Source: Epithemia pelagica (lineage: Eukaryota > Protista > Bacillariophyta). From it: a stretch of DNA of 64,000 bases. The stretch covers positions 2,790,001 through 2,854,000 of the forward strand of contig OX337238.1 in NCBI GenBank assembly GCA_946965045.2. The letters are read 5' to 3'. Both the position numbers and the translations under genes were made by a program. The notes below the pieces were generated by a model. The model had not been told where the DNA came from and did no database searches. It saw nothing but the letters and a program-made list of their open reading frames with translations. Below are positions 10,370 to 23,531 of this stretch, one piece after another. Positions within the stretch are counted from its first letter, which is position 1. Every line of letters begins with the position of its first letter.

Positions 10370-12764
10370 AAAGTGTTAATTGAGAAATACAAGTACTAGA
10401 AGTAAAACATAGTGATGCGAATGAGTTCTATAGGGTTGCTGTTTTCTGCACCGTCTTGTCCTTGTGATGGCGAAAAAAGTGGTAGTGGTGTATGGCTGGA
10501 AGCTGCCCTTGGCTTTTGTTGCAACGATATTCCGTTTTTGAACTCGGCCCCTATACATTGCATCGCAAAAATCACCACACCAATGGATACGAAATGCTCA
10601 TCCTTTCCATGCCTTGCTGCTGCTCAATTCGGTTTGCGCAAAGAAGCAATCGTAATACTTTCTGCGTTCATTGTCACTGTCCGACAAAAATCCTGAACAC
10701 TTTTCTCAAGACTCATTGTCAAAGGTCCAATGCTGTTGTGTTTTCGCAACTGCCGGCAACAAGCCAGTGAGCGAACAAACTGGTCTGTAGACAAGTATGG
10801 CATTCCTGGTCGCAAAGCAACATTTCTTCTTGTATACGGGACGAGAAAGCGAACGAACCCGACCAAAGTTGACAGGAAGATGTCATCCACATGTCAAGGA
10901 TCGGTGCGTTTGAGTCATACTACGAGTGTTCGCGGTAGGAGATTGGATATTCCAGAATGGCAACTGGCACCCATATTGGCCGTTGTGAATGCAACTTGCC
11001 CTTGTCGTGATGCAAGTCGTGAACAAACCGAGTTGCCCTGCGTGTGACATAGGATGCCTCCAGTTGTCGCCTTGATGAACTAGAGTTGGTGACCCCACTC
11101 TTCAACTCCATGTAACAAAAGATCGTAACGCCGAACCGTTGGTCTTTTTCAATCAAGGGGCCTTTCAGGCATGTCACTACGTGGAACGAGAGGTGAACCA
11201 CACGTCAGTGCTTGCAGGGGCGGGCAGTCGAGAACAACACTAAGGCATCGTTCTCCCGAATTCGAGCAACCAGACAGAGTGTCCAAACACTTTTATGTGT
11301 TGACCAATTGACACGACGCCATCACCAACGCCACGATACGTTGTCCTGGTCGAATTCAAGCCTGGGATAGTATTGCAAGGCAGGGGGTTCCGAAACTTGG
11401 GGGCGTCGTGGTGAAGAGTCGTGTAGGTGAACAGAGGCAAACCAAGGCTGGATTCATCAAGCGGTCTGTCTGTTTGGGAATGGAAGGCACCAATAACCAA
11501 TGAGGGTATTGTTATGTGCTGTTCGTATACTTTTGGTGGCCGTCAATTTGGAGCGATTCGAGGCGCACTGGTCTAACACGACATTCCACAACCAAACCAC
11601 CGAACCGTGAATTGGATTTCTTGGCCGTACCTATCGACAAGAGCAACACCAAGCAGGGGGATGATGTGAAAGGGAGAAAATGACTCTGTGAACGAGTTTC
11701 CGTGGAAGCAACCCATTACGACTGTCGAGAATGTACGCCAGAGACGAGACTGTTCGAGTATACTTCTCTGTTCGTTTTGGTCCTCTTCCAGCTCCCATTC
11801 ATCGTGGTCTGTGCACAGTCATCAAAAATTGTAACCACCACTACCATCACAACGAGAGACCAAGGAAGTCAACAAACATCAAGTGACTGGAATTCAGTGG
11901 TCATTGTGTTATTGAGTCGCCGCCTTTCGGCATTCCACTCATGGTTCATCATTCCGTCTCTATTATATCATGTGATCTCTTCCAAAGAAAAAGCGCGCGT
12001 ACGCGCCGACCGGCCCGCTTCCGCAACCTTGCCGACCGAAGATTCCCGTGAAAACTCGAAAAATGTCTTGGAATCCGTGCGACTGATCGTTCGTTCACGC
12101 GGGATTCAAACCGAAGCTTTTCAGTTTTTCGAAAAATCATGACCAAAGAAGACTCTTGGTATCAACCACAAGTCCATGTCGTCGAAGCCTTTGATGCTTT
12201 GTTTTGGTCTTCAAGGTTGGAGAATGAGTCCCGGTCCCTTTAAGATGGGTACTTGCCCTGAGGTATTTGCGCCGGTTGCATATAGTATTGTGTTGTTGTC
12301 GCTTCCCCAGGTCCGGCGCCAATTTCAAGTGATCTCGAAAGGAGGTTCGAAGGTCTTCTAGGCTCCAGTGAGGCCACGCGTTCTTCCAAAATGGGATTGG
12401 CAGTGCGTTCGTGGAATCTCTGGCTTTGTGCGGAAGCGGCTTTTTTTCGTGGATGGTTTTGGACCCGTTCATCTGTGCAATTGTGCCGGGTTGGCTTTTT
12501 CTTTCGTGGATGGTTTTGGACCCGTTCATCTGTCCAAGGTCATCCAATGAAGAAGGACAATCGCCGCCGTGGAGGTGCGTCCGTCGTTGCTGCCGTCTTT
12601 GGTTCCTGTTTTGGTGTGAAAGGTCCAGAACAATCGGTCCATCCGTTGATTCCTCGTTTGGAGCGGCATCGTTCGTCGTTCAAGACCGGCGGAAGCCATT
12701 ATTTGCTGGTTTGGAGAAGAAAGACGATCCATTCTTTGGTGGTCCTATAAAATCTACAACTACC

Positions 12765-13185
12765 ATGACGATGACACTGCAACAGCAAGCACAGCAATCC
12801 GCACTTTGCTTTGTGAACAGCGACGATAACAGTGTTGCGCCTCATTGGAATACCAATGATTGGCCTCCCCTTTTTGGTGGGTGGCGTTCTTCGCATGCAT
12901 CGGTTGTGCTTTACCATCCCGAACAGGATGACAATGCACAGACGGTTGTAGTTTTGGGAGGAGACAAACAAGGTCAAGGCTACACCAACTCCGTTCTGTT
13001 GCTGAATTTGTCAGAACAAAACAAGCAATGGCAGGAAGGACCGCCGTTGAATAGAAAGCGAGCCTATCATGCTGCTGTGGTTTGTAGCGGAGGAGTTTAT
13101 GTGATTGGAGGACACAATGGAAGTTCAACCTTCGGTACTATTGAACGGATTGATGTTGAAAATTTGTGGCATGCAGGGGCATCGG
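12765..13185 (+). pseudogene. Kelch copy 2, 5' part, interrupted by copia A
   Basis: ATG 12765 (MTMTLQQQAQQS...). Homology to the other copies stops at the TSD ATCGG (13181-13185) and resumes at 28202. Confidence 0.9.
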
Positions 13186-13894
13186 TGGCAGAATTCTCAC
13201 CAACAACTAGGTTGTGGTGGAATCTACAACTCATCGACTGATGCTAGTATTTTATGCCATCCGATGACATTTTCGTAAAAGTGAGAAAAGAATGACGGCA
13301 TGCTCGCAGACCTTTTAATTTCGGCCAAGGCATGCTCGCAATGCACGCGTTATGAGCGACCGATCGGATATTAATTAAGGCCCAACACGTGCGTGCCTAT
13401 TATTCTCAAGCGCGCGCAATCAATATCCGAGTACGCACCTCCACGACTTAGCCCAACGGCCTAAGTAACCGAAGCACAAATCACGATCACGCGAGACCAT
13501 ATCTCTATTCCCACAAATCAAAGAATGCAAACAGCAACGCGCCAAGGAAACTACCTATATCATGACAAAGCAAGAGCTGTTGGCATTGGTATATGATATA
13601 CAAGTGCATATACTTCCAATACACAATATCAATGTCTACTCCAACCATACCAGTCCTGTCAGCGCCATGAATATATCAGTCATGCACCCTGACCAGACCT
13701 GCACACCCACACACACACCGTAGTCCTAAAGCTCACAATCATTAACATTACCATATCATCACGTCTTCAGTGTCCTGACTATCCCTACGATAGAACCCTT
13801 GGGTTTCCTTTGTTCTCTGACCCGTGGAGAACCTTGGTATCAGTTGGTAATCGATTGTGGCTCTTCTAGAGCGTGTATTGATGAATCTCTACTA
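13186..13894 (+). repeat. 5' LTR of copia A
   Basis: Direct repeat of 27488-28196. Confidence 0.95.
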
Positions 13895-13908
13895 GATTAA
13901 CAGTCTCA
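13895..13908 (+). other. Primer-binding site of copia A, complementary to a tRNA-Asn(GUU)-like anticodon arm
   Basis: GATTAACAGTCTCA; reverse complement TGAGA-CTGTTAA-TC = 5-nt stem strand, CT-GTT-AA loop and 2 nt of the 3' stem strand. Confidence 0.75.
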
Positions 13909-14502
13909 CTGCTTATTTCCCTGCAGTTGCAATTGAAACCTTACTCACCCATCAACACCCGTTACAGATTGAGCTACCACAACAACAAGAGTTAGAGGAC
14001 AAAGCTACTCAACCCATCAACAGGGCCAGCCTGGCTAAGGCTAGGGTCACCAATCCTCTCCTATTCCAGGACCTCAAGCTGCACCAGGACTCTGTACAAC
14101 TACCTTCCCAATACTCATCCAACGAGTGAACCACTTTTGTTGAGGACTACTACGAGTACGACGAAGAAGCCACCTTCTGTTACTGAATCTCCGGTTCAAC
14201 TCGATCACCGCAACGAGTCTGGAAGTGACCAAGCATAAATAACTTTAAGTAGTTTTCACACCAAACAGGAGACAAAACCAAGTTCCGCACATCCGGGTTA
14301 CCTTTTGGACATCACAACACACATCCGGGTACTTCATACGTGGCACACACGTGGCACATCCGGGTTCAGAAGGCACACCACACATCCGGGTTGAGACTTT
14401 TACATCCGGGTTCTCATCACGAAGCACAAGACATTACTAAAGTTTTCGACTAAGACATCGCAGGACACATACCAACATATCTCATCACCAAGTCGAGCAA
14501 TC

Positions 14503-15489
14503 ATGGAACCGACTACATCGACCACACCAGAGTTCCACCCCAATCAAAGTATATCTTATCAAGAAGTCTTTGATCATATTACTCAGGTGTTGTTCAATTT
14601 TTCCAAGAAAAGGGTCGATGTACTCACGAAATGGATGCATCTTCATGCTTTTGATGATATACTCAGTATCATCGAACATATAGCGGATGACCCAGAGAAG
14701 AATATGGATAATATGGTCAAGTACAAGTCAGGAAAACAAATGCATGACCTACATATCAACACAAGCCATCAGATCAAGTTGCTTGCCTACTGGTACCGAC
14801 AAAAGAGCACCAATATCCAGAGTATCCCTTCCAAGGCAACCTGGATGAATCTGACCAAGGCAGAATTTGATCTATGGAGGATAAACACTGACTTTCGCTC
14901 TGGAAGCCCTATCACTGACCCAGTATCACCCATGAAGCCTCCATCCCATTCGACGTCACCCAAATCGTTTAGTACTACTTCTGCTGCATCGCAGTCCCAA
15001 CTGGACCTAACCGCATTCAAGAAGGGAACCAAGCGTGACGCTATGGCATATGAAACATTCAAGGATGAACGATACTACGACACGTTCTGGAGGACTTTCA
15101 AGACCACAGCAAAAGCCCAAGGTTTATCTCATGTTCTTGACTTCCGATACAAGCCGCCGACAAATGATACGTATGCAACAGAACTTTTCCAAGAGCAACA
15201 GATCTTCCTATACTCCATCCTTGTGCGCATCATCCAGACTGACCAAGGAAGAGCTTATGTTTGCGAACATGAGCATGATGAAGATGCACGAGCAGTGTTA
15301 GACAAGCTTCACACATTGCATACGAAGTCAGACTTAGCAAAACGAGAGGTCTTACGATTAACCAATTACATCTCCAACCTTCGCCTTGATGATACATGGC
15401 GTGGATCATCACGTCAATTCTTGCTTCATTTCCAAGACAAACTACGTTTACTCGATAACCTTGTTGATCTCTCTGATCCCATACCTGAT
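14503..15489 (+). CDS. gag: gag of copia A, 5' part (continues in frame at 24314 once copia B is removed)
   Basis: Strong similarity to copia B gag (KGTKRDA..YE.FKDERYYD, LRLDDTWRG). Joining across the TSD restores IPD|HTRMTF. Confidence 0.9.
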
Positions 15490-16272
15490 TGTTAGAATTC
15501 TCACCGTCTATGGTGGTTAGATTCTACATCTCATCGATTCCCCATGTCACATAGCCTCGTGCTATCGCATCATGCCATCTAGCTTCGAGCTATGTTCCCT
15601 AGCTTCGCGCTATATCGACCTATATTTCTTCGCAAATCATGAAAAGTGAGAATAGATTGACGAACTCACTCTCAAGACTAAACTGGGTCGTGCGGTATTA
15701 CAACGGACGCAAATTTGGCCGTTGCTCGGACATTATACTAGTGCCCTAAGCGTACGCGCCCGAAATCATCGAGCGCGCCCAAGCGACATCCGAGCGCTGT
15801 CGGCATCTATCCGACCCAACGGTCTAAGTATCCCAAGCACGACACACGATCACGCGAGACCATATTTCCATTCCCACAATCTCCAAATTGTCAACAAGCT
15901 GCGCGCCATGAAAACAACTATGCCAACCCAAAGCAAGAGCTGTTGACCCTGTATATGTTATCCGTCCACATATACATGTCATATACATCACATGAATCGA
16001 CTCCAACTATTCCAAACCTGTTGCCACCAAGAACCTATGACACATGACCCTTGGCAGGACCGAACATTTCACGTAGACCTATCGTAGTAATCAACACACA
16101 ATCTAACAATATCACCATTTATCACATCTTCTTTTGTGTCCCGACTATCCTTCTGATAGACTTCGACTTGCTTGCTTCTCTGACCCTGAGAAGCTTGTAT
16201 CGGTTGGTGACCTACCTGATTGTCTGCTCTACCGAGCATCAATGTCCCTACGATTCAGAAAGAATTGTAACA
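15490..16272 (+). repeat. 5' LTR of copia B
   Basis: Direct repeat of 23526-24308. Confidence 0.96.
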
Positions 16273-16286
16273 GATTAACAGTCTCA
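16273..16286 (+). other. Primer-binding site of copia B (same 14-mer as copia A)
   Basis: GATTAACAGTCTCA immediately after the LTR. Confidence 0.75.
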
Positions 16287-16308
16287 AAGCTTATTTCCTT
16301 GTGGTTTC

Positions 16309-17088
16309 ATGGATACTAACGAGCTTATCACTCCTGTACGACAGATCTATCGAGCCAAACTGCATCCCGGGCAGCCCGATACCCTGGTGCAGCAGGAGCT
16401 GGTGCCGACGCCGAAGGCAGCCAATACATCGGTCAACATCTCAGTCGACAGTTCCAACAGCAACCCATTCGAGACTCCAACCCAGCCTCACGCTCCGATC
16501 CCTGCGCCGTTGCCTCGGCCTCCGAGTCCGCCTCGTCGGCTCGTCCCTTCTCGATCCCGTCGTACCACCCGGTTGATTGCTGATCATATCAAGTACTTCC
16601 GTCAACCAACTTGTTCGACCTTCGATCCCGAGATCATCCGTGGGGAGACCCAGATCGAACGCCAGTTCCAATCGGTGACCCACATCGTCGACCAAGAAGA
16701 CATTGACCGTCTGAACGACCAACTTCATCGTTCTCCGAGGCGTCGCCTCATCTTGGCCGCCCTCTCGGGCAACCCCATCCGTACTGTCCACCTCCGCTTC
16801 CTAACCTTCGAGCGCCCAACTGGATACTACAATACCATCCACGTCGTGAACGCGACGACTTGCCCTCTGCCTCCTAACGTTGTATGCCTAGATAACTACG
16901 TTGCCTACATCCACGAGGTCCATACCATCGAGGACCATCGTGCAACTATCTTCCCTTTGCGTACCGAGGTCGAGAATCACCTGGCTGAAGGTGATACCCC
17001 TTCTTCTGTTGCTTGTGCTGCCCCATCTGAGCCTGGAAACGACTCTGATTATTCGGAAGAGAGTGGGGATTCGGAGACCGAAGCTTAA
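16309..17088 (+). CDS. Extra 259-aa ORF upstream of gag in copia B; function unknown
   Basis: ATG 36 nt after the LTR; open for 259 codons; Pro/Arg-rich N-half, acidic C-terminus; no recognisable motif. Confidence 0.6.
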   Translation: MDTNELITPVRQIYRAKLHPGQPDTLVQQELVPTPKAANTSVNISVDSSNSNPFETPTQPHAPIPAPLPRPPSPPRRLVPSRSRRTTRLIADHIKYFRQPTCSTFDPEIIRGETQIERQFQSVTHIVDQEDIDRLNDQLHRSPRRRLILAALSGNPIRTVHLRFLTFERPTGYYNTIHVVNATTCPLPPNVVCLDNYVAYIHEVHTIEDHRATIFPLRTEVENHLAEGDTPSSVACAAPSEPGNDSDYSEESGDSETEA

Positions 17089-17408
17089 TTACTCATAGTT
17101 AACTCCCGTCCTCTCAAAACCTTTCCAAGACTTAAACTCAACGCACATCCGGGTACCCTTGGTCGCACAACACGCCACACATTCCCGTCAAATCGCGAAA
17201 ATTCGGCGAAAATTTGTTGAAACTCGGCGAAAATTTGTCGGAATCAACGGAAATTTCCAGGAGTCGCACATCACAACACACATCCGGGTATCACATACGT
17301 GGTACATACGTGGCACACGTGGTACATCCGGGTTCACATCACATCACACATTAAATAAACCACATCACACCGCACATTAAATAAACATTGAACCAACCAA
17401 ATAACACC

Positions 17409-18374
17409 ATGGATCCTCAATCACCCAAGACACCTGCGACTCCTAAGGGAGAAGATAACCAAGACAATGTCTCGAACACAGACCTATTCGACCACATCAT
17501 ATTTACTGTCTGCCAATTCTTTACCAAAGAAAGGGCCGACTACTTAATGAAGTGGATGAAATACCATGGTTTTGAGAACATTACCCATGTTATCTCGTAT
17601 ATGCAAACTAATACCGAGGAATCCATGAAGGAACTGACACAATACAAGGTCAACAAACAGACACATGATCTACAAGGCCCCACAAGACAGCAGATCAAGC
17701 TCTTGGCTTATTGGGCCATATACAAGACCAATGAAATTCAAGACGAGCTATCCAATAGCGACTGGATGAACCTAACGAGGAAAGAGTTCAACACTTGGAG
17801 GATCAACACAGATTTCTCTAAGGGACCACCTAGCCAAGTCCCAGTCTCGCCAATGAAGTCACCGTCATCTGTGAAATCTGTCAGCACAGTTACTGCCGCA
17901 TCCCAATCTCAACAAGACCTTACAGCTTTCAGAAAGGGAACTAAGCGCGACGCAACTGCATATGAGGTATTCAAGGATGAACGATACTACGATTCATTCT
18001 GGCGTGTATTCAAGACTACAGCTAAGGCTCAAGGCCTATCCAACGTTCTGAATTTCAAATACACACCACCCCATGATGATGAGTATGCCGAAGAACTTTT
18101 TCAAGAGCAACAAGTATTTCTTTACTCCGTTCTTGTCCGTATCATTCAGACTGACCAAGGTCGAGCCTATGTACGTGAACATGAACATGATGAAGATGCG
18201 CGTGCCGTATTGCAGAAGTTACACTCTTTGCATACCGAATCCGACCTAGCAAAGCGAGAAGTCCTCCGTTTAACCAACTACATTTCCAATCTACGTCTTG
18301 ACGACACATGGCGCGGAACAACACGTCAACTTCTTCTACACTTTCAAGAGCAGCTACGTTTGCTAGACAATCTA
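17409..18374 (+). CDS. gag: gag of copia B, interrupted by a MITE
   Basis: MDPQSPKTP...; removing 18375-18809 restores LDNL-VTLSDRIPDH, in frame with 18810 onward. Confidence 0.9.
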
Positions 18375-18807
18375 CCGTAATTTGCTGATTCCTGTCCCCC
18401 CGGAATGTACAAAAATTAAGAGGAGGGGGACAGGACTACGCAATTTTGGATAATTTTTCTTAAGATTCCATTCACACACTACAATTGTCTTGTTAGTAAA
18501 TTAATTTTCAACCTCGGGGTTGTAGAGAAGGTTTGGTCGCACAATTCCAGTCAGGGGAAAGACCGTGCTTCAATGCGTAGCCTTAACCCTAATCATAATA
18601 CCCATCATGCTTTATCTCTTGTTTCTCCTCTTTGATTCACTCCCATGTAATGTCAGGCAGTGTGATAGAAAGCTCGGAACGTGAGGAATGTGGGGGTAAC
18701 CCATAAGCCCAGAAAGAACCTACAGATAAAAAGTTAGGGGGCCATGTACGTTTAAGGGGAGTGGGGGGGACAGGACTATAGGGGGGACAGGAATCCGCAA
18801 ATTACGG
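18375..18807. mobile_element. 433-bp MITE, Tc1/mariner superfamily (Tc2/pogo-like CCGTA ends)
   Basis: 27-bp TIR CCGTAATTTGC(T/G)GATTCCTGTCCCCCC with one mismatch; TA duplication at 18373-18374 and 18808-18809; no ORF; extra GGGGGACAGGA motifs inside. Confidence 0.92.
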
Positions 18808-18809
18808 TA

Positions 18810-21800
18810 GTGACATTGTCTGATCGCATCCCTGATCATACCAGGATGACCTTCCTCATGCAAGCTGTCGAAAAGGTACCTGATCTCCGCCGTGTCAAGA
18901 TCTTGGATAATGTGGTGAACACCAAATCCGGTGCAAAATCTCTTTGCTACCAATCATACTTCCGTCTCCTTCTAGACGCAGCTTATGACCATGATCAAGC
19001 AACCCAGTCATCTGTTCATAGTCGCCGTCGACATGTCAAACAACATGAATCACTATATGGCCAAGATACAGATGCTGACATAACCTCACAAGATGATATG
19101 GAGTATCATGTCCACAACACCAAAGCGACATCTGAATCTCCATCCTCTTCGTCCAAGGTTAGTCTACCGCGTGACCTATGGTTCAAACTTTCTGAAGAAG
19201 ATCGCAAGTTGATCATTGAGTATAACAAGATGATTCAAGCACCTTCATCAACAACACCGAGGAAAGTGCAAGCACATGCCCTCGACATTGATCCGGAACC
19301 TGATCCTGACCCCAACCAAGTTGCATCTGATGATGGCTCACCTGGCGTAGTCCCTGAGCATCCAGATGATTCCGATCCGGTTACACAATTTATCAACCAA
19401 GCCATGACGACTGATATCAATCACCCGGCAACTGACCTGACTAGTGTTCTTTCTAACGCCAAGTCCAAGACGAGCAAGAAGGTTACTTTCAAAGCCAACA
19501 TGCATAAACAAGCAGGACATGTTCCACGCTATTTGTTTTCCAGGAAATCTACTTTACCAGGAAATCAATTGATTGACCGTGGTGCTAATGGAGGACTTGC
19601 TGGTTCTGACATGCGCATCCTTTCTAAGACTGGCCGCCATATCACTATTGTGGGTATTGATAACCATGAACTTACTGGACTTCCTGTCGTCACATGTGCC
19701 GCAAAGTTTGAGACCAATGATGGACCTATTGTCGGCATCTTCAATGAATATGCTTATTATGGCAAGGGCTTATCTATCCATGCTCCTGGTCAATTTGAGC
19801 ATTTCGGACTTGCTGTTGATGAACGATCTGTTAAAGTTGATGGTAAACAACGCATCACTACACTTGATGGTCGTGCTATACCCCTTCACATCAAGGATGG
19901 GTTAGCCTACATCCACTCCTTGGGTATTCCCAGCGACGATGACATGGATACCTTACCTCAGATAATCTTCACGTCACCTGACACATGGGATCCTGGTGTT
20001 CTGGATCATTCGTATTCTCCCACACCCTCTGACAATGATCCTGATTGGAAACACGTCAAGACTGATGGTAGTATGTCGAACCATCCATATGACAACTATG
20101 GGGAGTACACTGATCGTGTTGTTTGTAACCTCAATCTCCTTTTGGACCTCCCATACGATCATGGACCTGACGACGCACCCTTCTTTTCTATCTATGCTGA
20201 CGCAGAAGGTAATGATCCTACACTTCATGCCTCTGTCCACCGTCGTTACCAGGAAGCGTATGACTGGAAGAAGTTCCGTCCATTCTTTGCTTGGCAATCT
20301 GAAGATGTTATTGCCGATACGTTCAAGCACACTACACGTAATGGTAGCATTACTTTTGACCACGACACCCTCAAGAAACATTTCAAGGCTCGCAATCCGG
20401 TCCTTAATATACCTCGACGCCATGAACCCGTTGCTACTGACTCGGTTTTCTCCGACACCCCTGCTGTTGACCATGGCGGTAAAGTCGCACAAATCTTTGT
20501 TGGTCGAGATACTCTGGTTACTGATATCTATGGGATCAAGTCAACCAAACAGTTTGTCAATACTCTTCAGGACAACATCCGGTTTCGTGGTGCCATGGAG
20601 ACTCTTATCAGTGATGGTGGTTCATCTCTCATCTCTCAAAAGGTCAAAGACATTCTTCGCACTTTGCTTATTGGGGAGTATCGATCCGAACCTTATCATC
20701 AACACCAGAATAAGGCTGAAAACCGTTACCAGACCGTTAAACGTATGACCAACGCTCTCATGAATGCCACTGGTTGCCCTGCCAACACCTGGCTTCTTTG
20801 CCTTGAGTATGTATGTGACTTATTGAACCATACATCATCACCCACCCATTCCGGTCGCACTCCTCTTGAGGCTCTCTCTGGACGCCCACCCGACATTACT
20901 CATCTCTTGTTCTTTCCTTTCTGGGATGAGGTTTACTACCGTGTCGACCCCGCTGAACCCAATTCCGGTTCATATCCATCTTCTTCTGATGAGAAACTTG
21001 GCCACTGGGTTGGTTTTGCTCACAAAGTTGGTGATTCTTTTACTTGGAAGATTCTCACCCAGGATAACCAGATAATCTACCGTTCTGCCGTTCGCCGTGT
21101 TGAATCCACTACACCTAACCTACGTGTGGATCGACCTTCAGGGGCGGATTCGTCTGAGAAGGATGACAATGACAAGCAAGCTGACACTGTCTTCATTCGC
21201 AGTGATAGTGAAGATCCATCCAAACCAATGCCCACGATCGATTTTGACGACATGATAGGACGCACATTCTTATGCGACACAGAAGAAAATGGGGAGCGAC
21301 ACCGTGCACGTGTCATCAAACGAGTCATTGATCTTAATGAAGAAGCAACGAAACAGGAAGAACGTGTCAAGTACATCTACCGAAAGACAAATTCTGATGT
21401 TGATGAGATGATATCCTATAATCAACTCATGGAGTATATCGAACGAGATAACCAAGCTCAAACCTCTGGAGATAATCTTTTCAGGTTCAGGGACGTCATT
21501 GCCCATCAAGGCCCACTGAACACAACTGATCCAGATTACAAGGGGAGCAAATATAATTTGCTTGTTGATTGGGAAACAGGGGAGACTACCTATGAACCTT
21601 TATCACTCATCGCCAATGATGATCCGATCACTGTGGCAATTTATGGAAAGAAACATGGTTTACTCAACGAACCTGGATGGAAGCATTTGAAACGTTATGT
21701 CAAAACAAGCAAACGTCTCATTCGAGCAGCCAAACAGTCAAGGATCAAACAAGTTCACCATTCCGTCAAATATAAGTTTGGATTCCAAGTACCACGCAAT

Positions 21801-23531
21801 TATGAGGAAGCTGTCGCTCTTGATAAACAACATGGCAACACGAAGTGGCAGGATGCAACAGAATTAGAATTGTCACAGATCCAGTCCTACAAGACATTCA
21901 AGGATTTTGGGAAAGCCATCTTCAATAAAGGGAAAGTATCCAATGCACCTGAAGGATATCATAAGATACGTGTACATCTTGTCTTTGACGTAAAACATGA
22001 TGGACGACATAAAGCAAGACTTGTCGCAGATGGACATCTCACAAAAGAACCTGTTGAGACAATCTATTCAGGTGTTGTTTCCATTCGCAACCTCCGCATT
22101 GCCTTATTCCTGGGTACTTTGAATGACTTGGAAATATGGGGAGCAGATATTGGAAACGCATATCTGGAAGCCTTGACAGGGGAGAAAATTTTCATTGTCG
22201 CAGGACCTGAATTCAAGGAATAAGAAGGTCACATCCTGATTATATACAAGGCACTTTATGGATTGAAGTCATCAGGCACACGCTGGCATGATGTCTTATT
22301 CGATGTTTTGACAGACATGGGATTTTCACCAAGCAGAGCAGATCCGGATATCTGGATGAGGAAAGCACCTGGAGAAGACTGTTACGAATACATTGCCGTA
22401 TATGTTGATGACTTAGCCATTATTTCTACTGATCCTGGGAACATCTGCAAGATCCTGAAGGAGAAATACAACTTCAAACTCAAAGGAGATGGACCTATTG
22501 ATTTCCACTTGGGATGTTGTTACACCAAGGATTCTGATGGAACATTAGTAGCAGATCCAAGACGCTACATTGGTAAGATGATGGACACTTTCGAACGAAT
22601 CTTCAAGGAGAAACCCAAGAAAGCCAAAACACCTCTTATTGGTGGAGACCATCCTGAATTGGATGATTCTGAGCTCCTTGATGAAGAAGGTACTAGCCAT
22701 TTCCAAACTCTGATTGGACAACTCCAATGGGTGATCACTATTGGTCGTTTCGATGTCTTCACCGCTACAATGACGCTATCACGCTTTCGTGCTGCTCCGA
22801 GGAAAGGACATCTTGATAGAGCCAAGCGTATCTATGGATACCTTGCACATCTCCCAGAAGGCGCAATCAGATTTAGGATTGGAGAGCCTGATTATTCAAG
22901 TCTTCCTACCCAAGAATTTGATTGGACTCGCACTGTCTATTCGAATGCAAGTGAACGTATTCCTGAAGACTGCCCAACACCTCTTGGCCGCTATGTTACC
23001 ACAACTCATTATGTTGATGCCAATCTCATGCATGACATAGTCACTGGTAAATCCGTCACTGCTGTTCTACATTTGTTGAACGGAACACCTATTGACTGGT
23101 ACAGCAAGAGACAGAGCACGGTGGAAACTGCTACCTATGGATCTGAGTTTGTGGCTGCAAGGACAGCAATAGATCAGATTACAGAATTACGACATTCTCT
23201 CCGCTACCTTGGAGTACCTATCCGAGAGCGAAGTTACTTGTACGGAGATAACAGATCTGTTGTGCTCAATGCAACCGTTCCTCATTCCATACTATCCAAG
23301 AGACACCATCTTCTGTCATACCACCGAGTTCATGAAGCCATCGCAGCAAAGTATGTTGCATTCTACTGGAAAGATGGAAAGACCAACCCTGCCGATATCC
23401 TTAGCAAACATTGGGATTTCGTATCTATTTGGCCCATGCTCAAGCCATTGTTGTTTTGGAAAGGAGAAGTTCAAGACCTCAACAAATCCAATGATGACAA
23501 GGCTGAAACGACGAGTTGTGGGGAGTGTTAG
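18810..23531 (+). pseudogene. pol: gag C-terminus and pol of copia B (PR, IN, chromo-like domain, RT, RNase H) with one in-frame stop at 22221-22223
   Basis: PR IDRGANGG; IN VATDSVFSD, ISDGG and AENRYQTVK; RT KARLVADG, YGLKSSG and YVDD; RH YVDANL and TYGSEFVA. PEFKE*EGH where PEFKELEGH is expected; 22263-23531 is the same frame. Confidence 0.93.

Noticed and set aside
11702-12142. 146-aa ORF in the spacer between Kelch copies 1 and 2
   Set aside because: Non-ATG start, no motif and no paralog support.
12411-12764. 118-aa N-terminal extension of Kelch copy 2
   Set aside because: It translates the hairpin and spacer region; all paralogs start at the MTT/MTM ATG equivalent to 12765.
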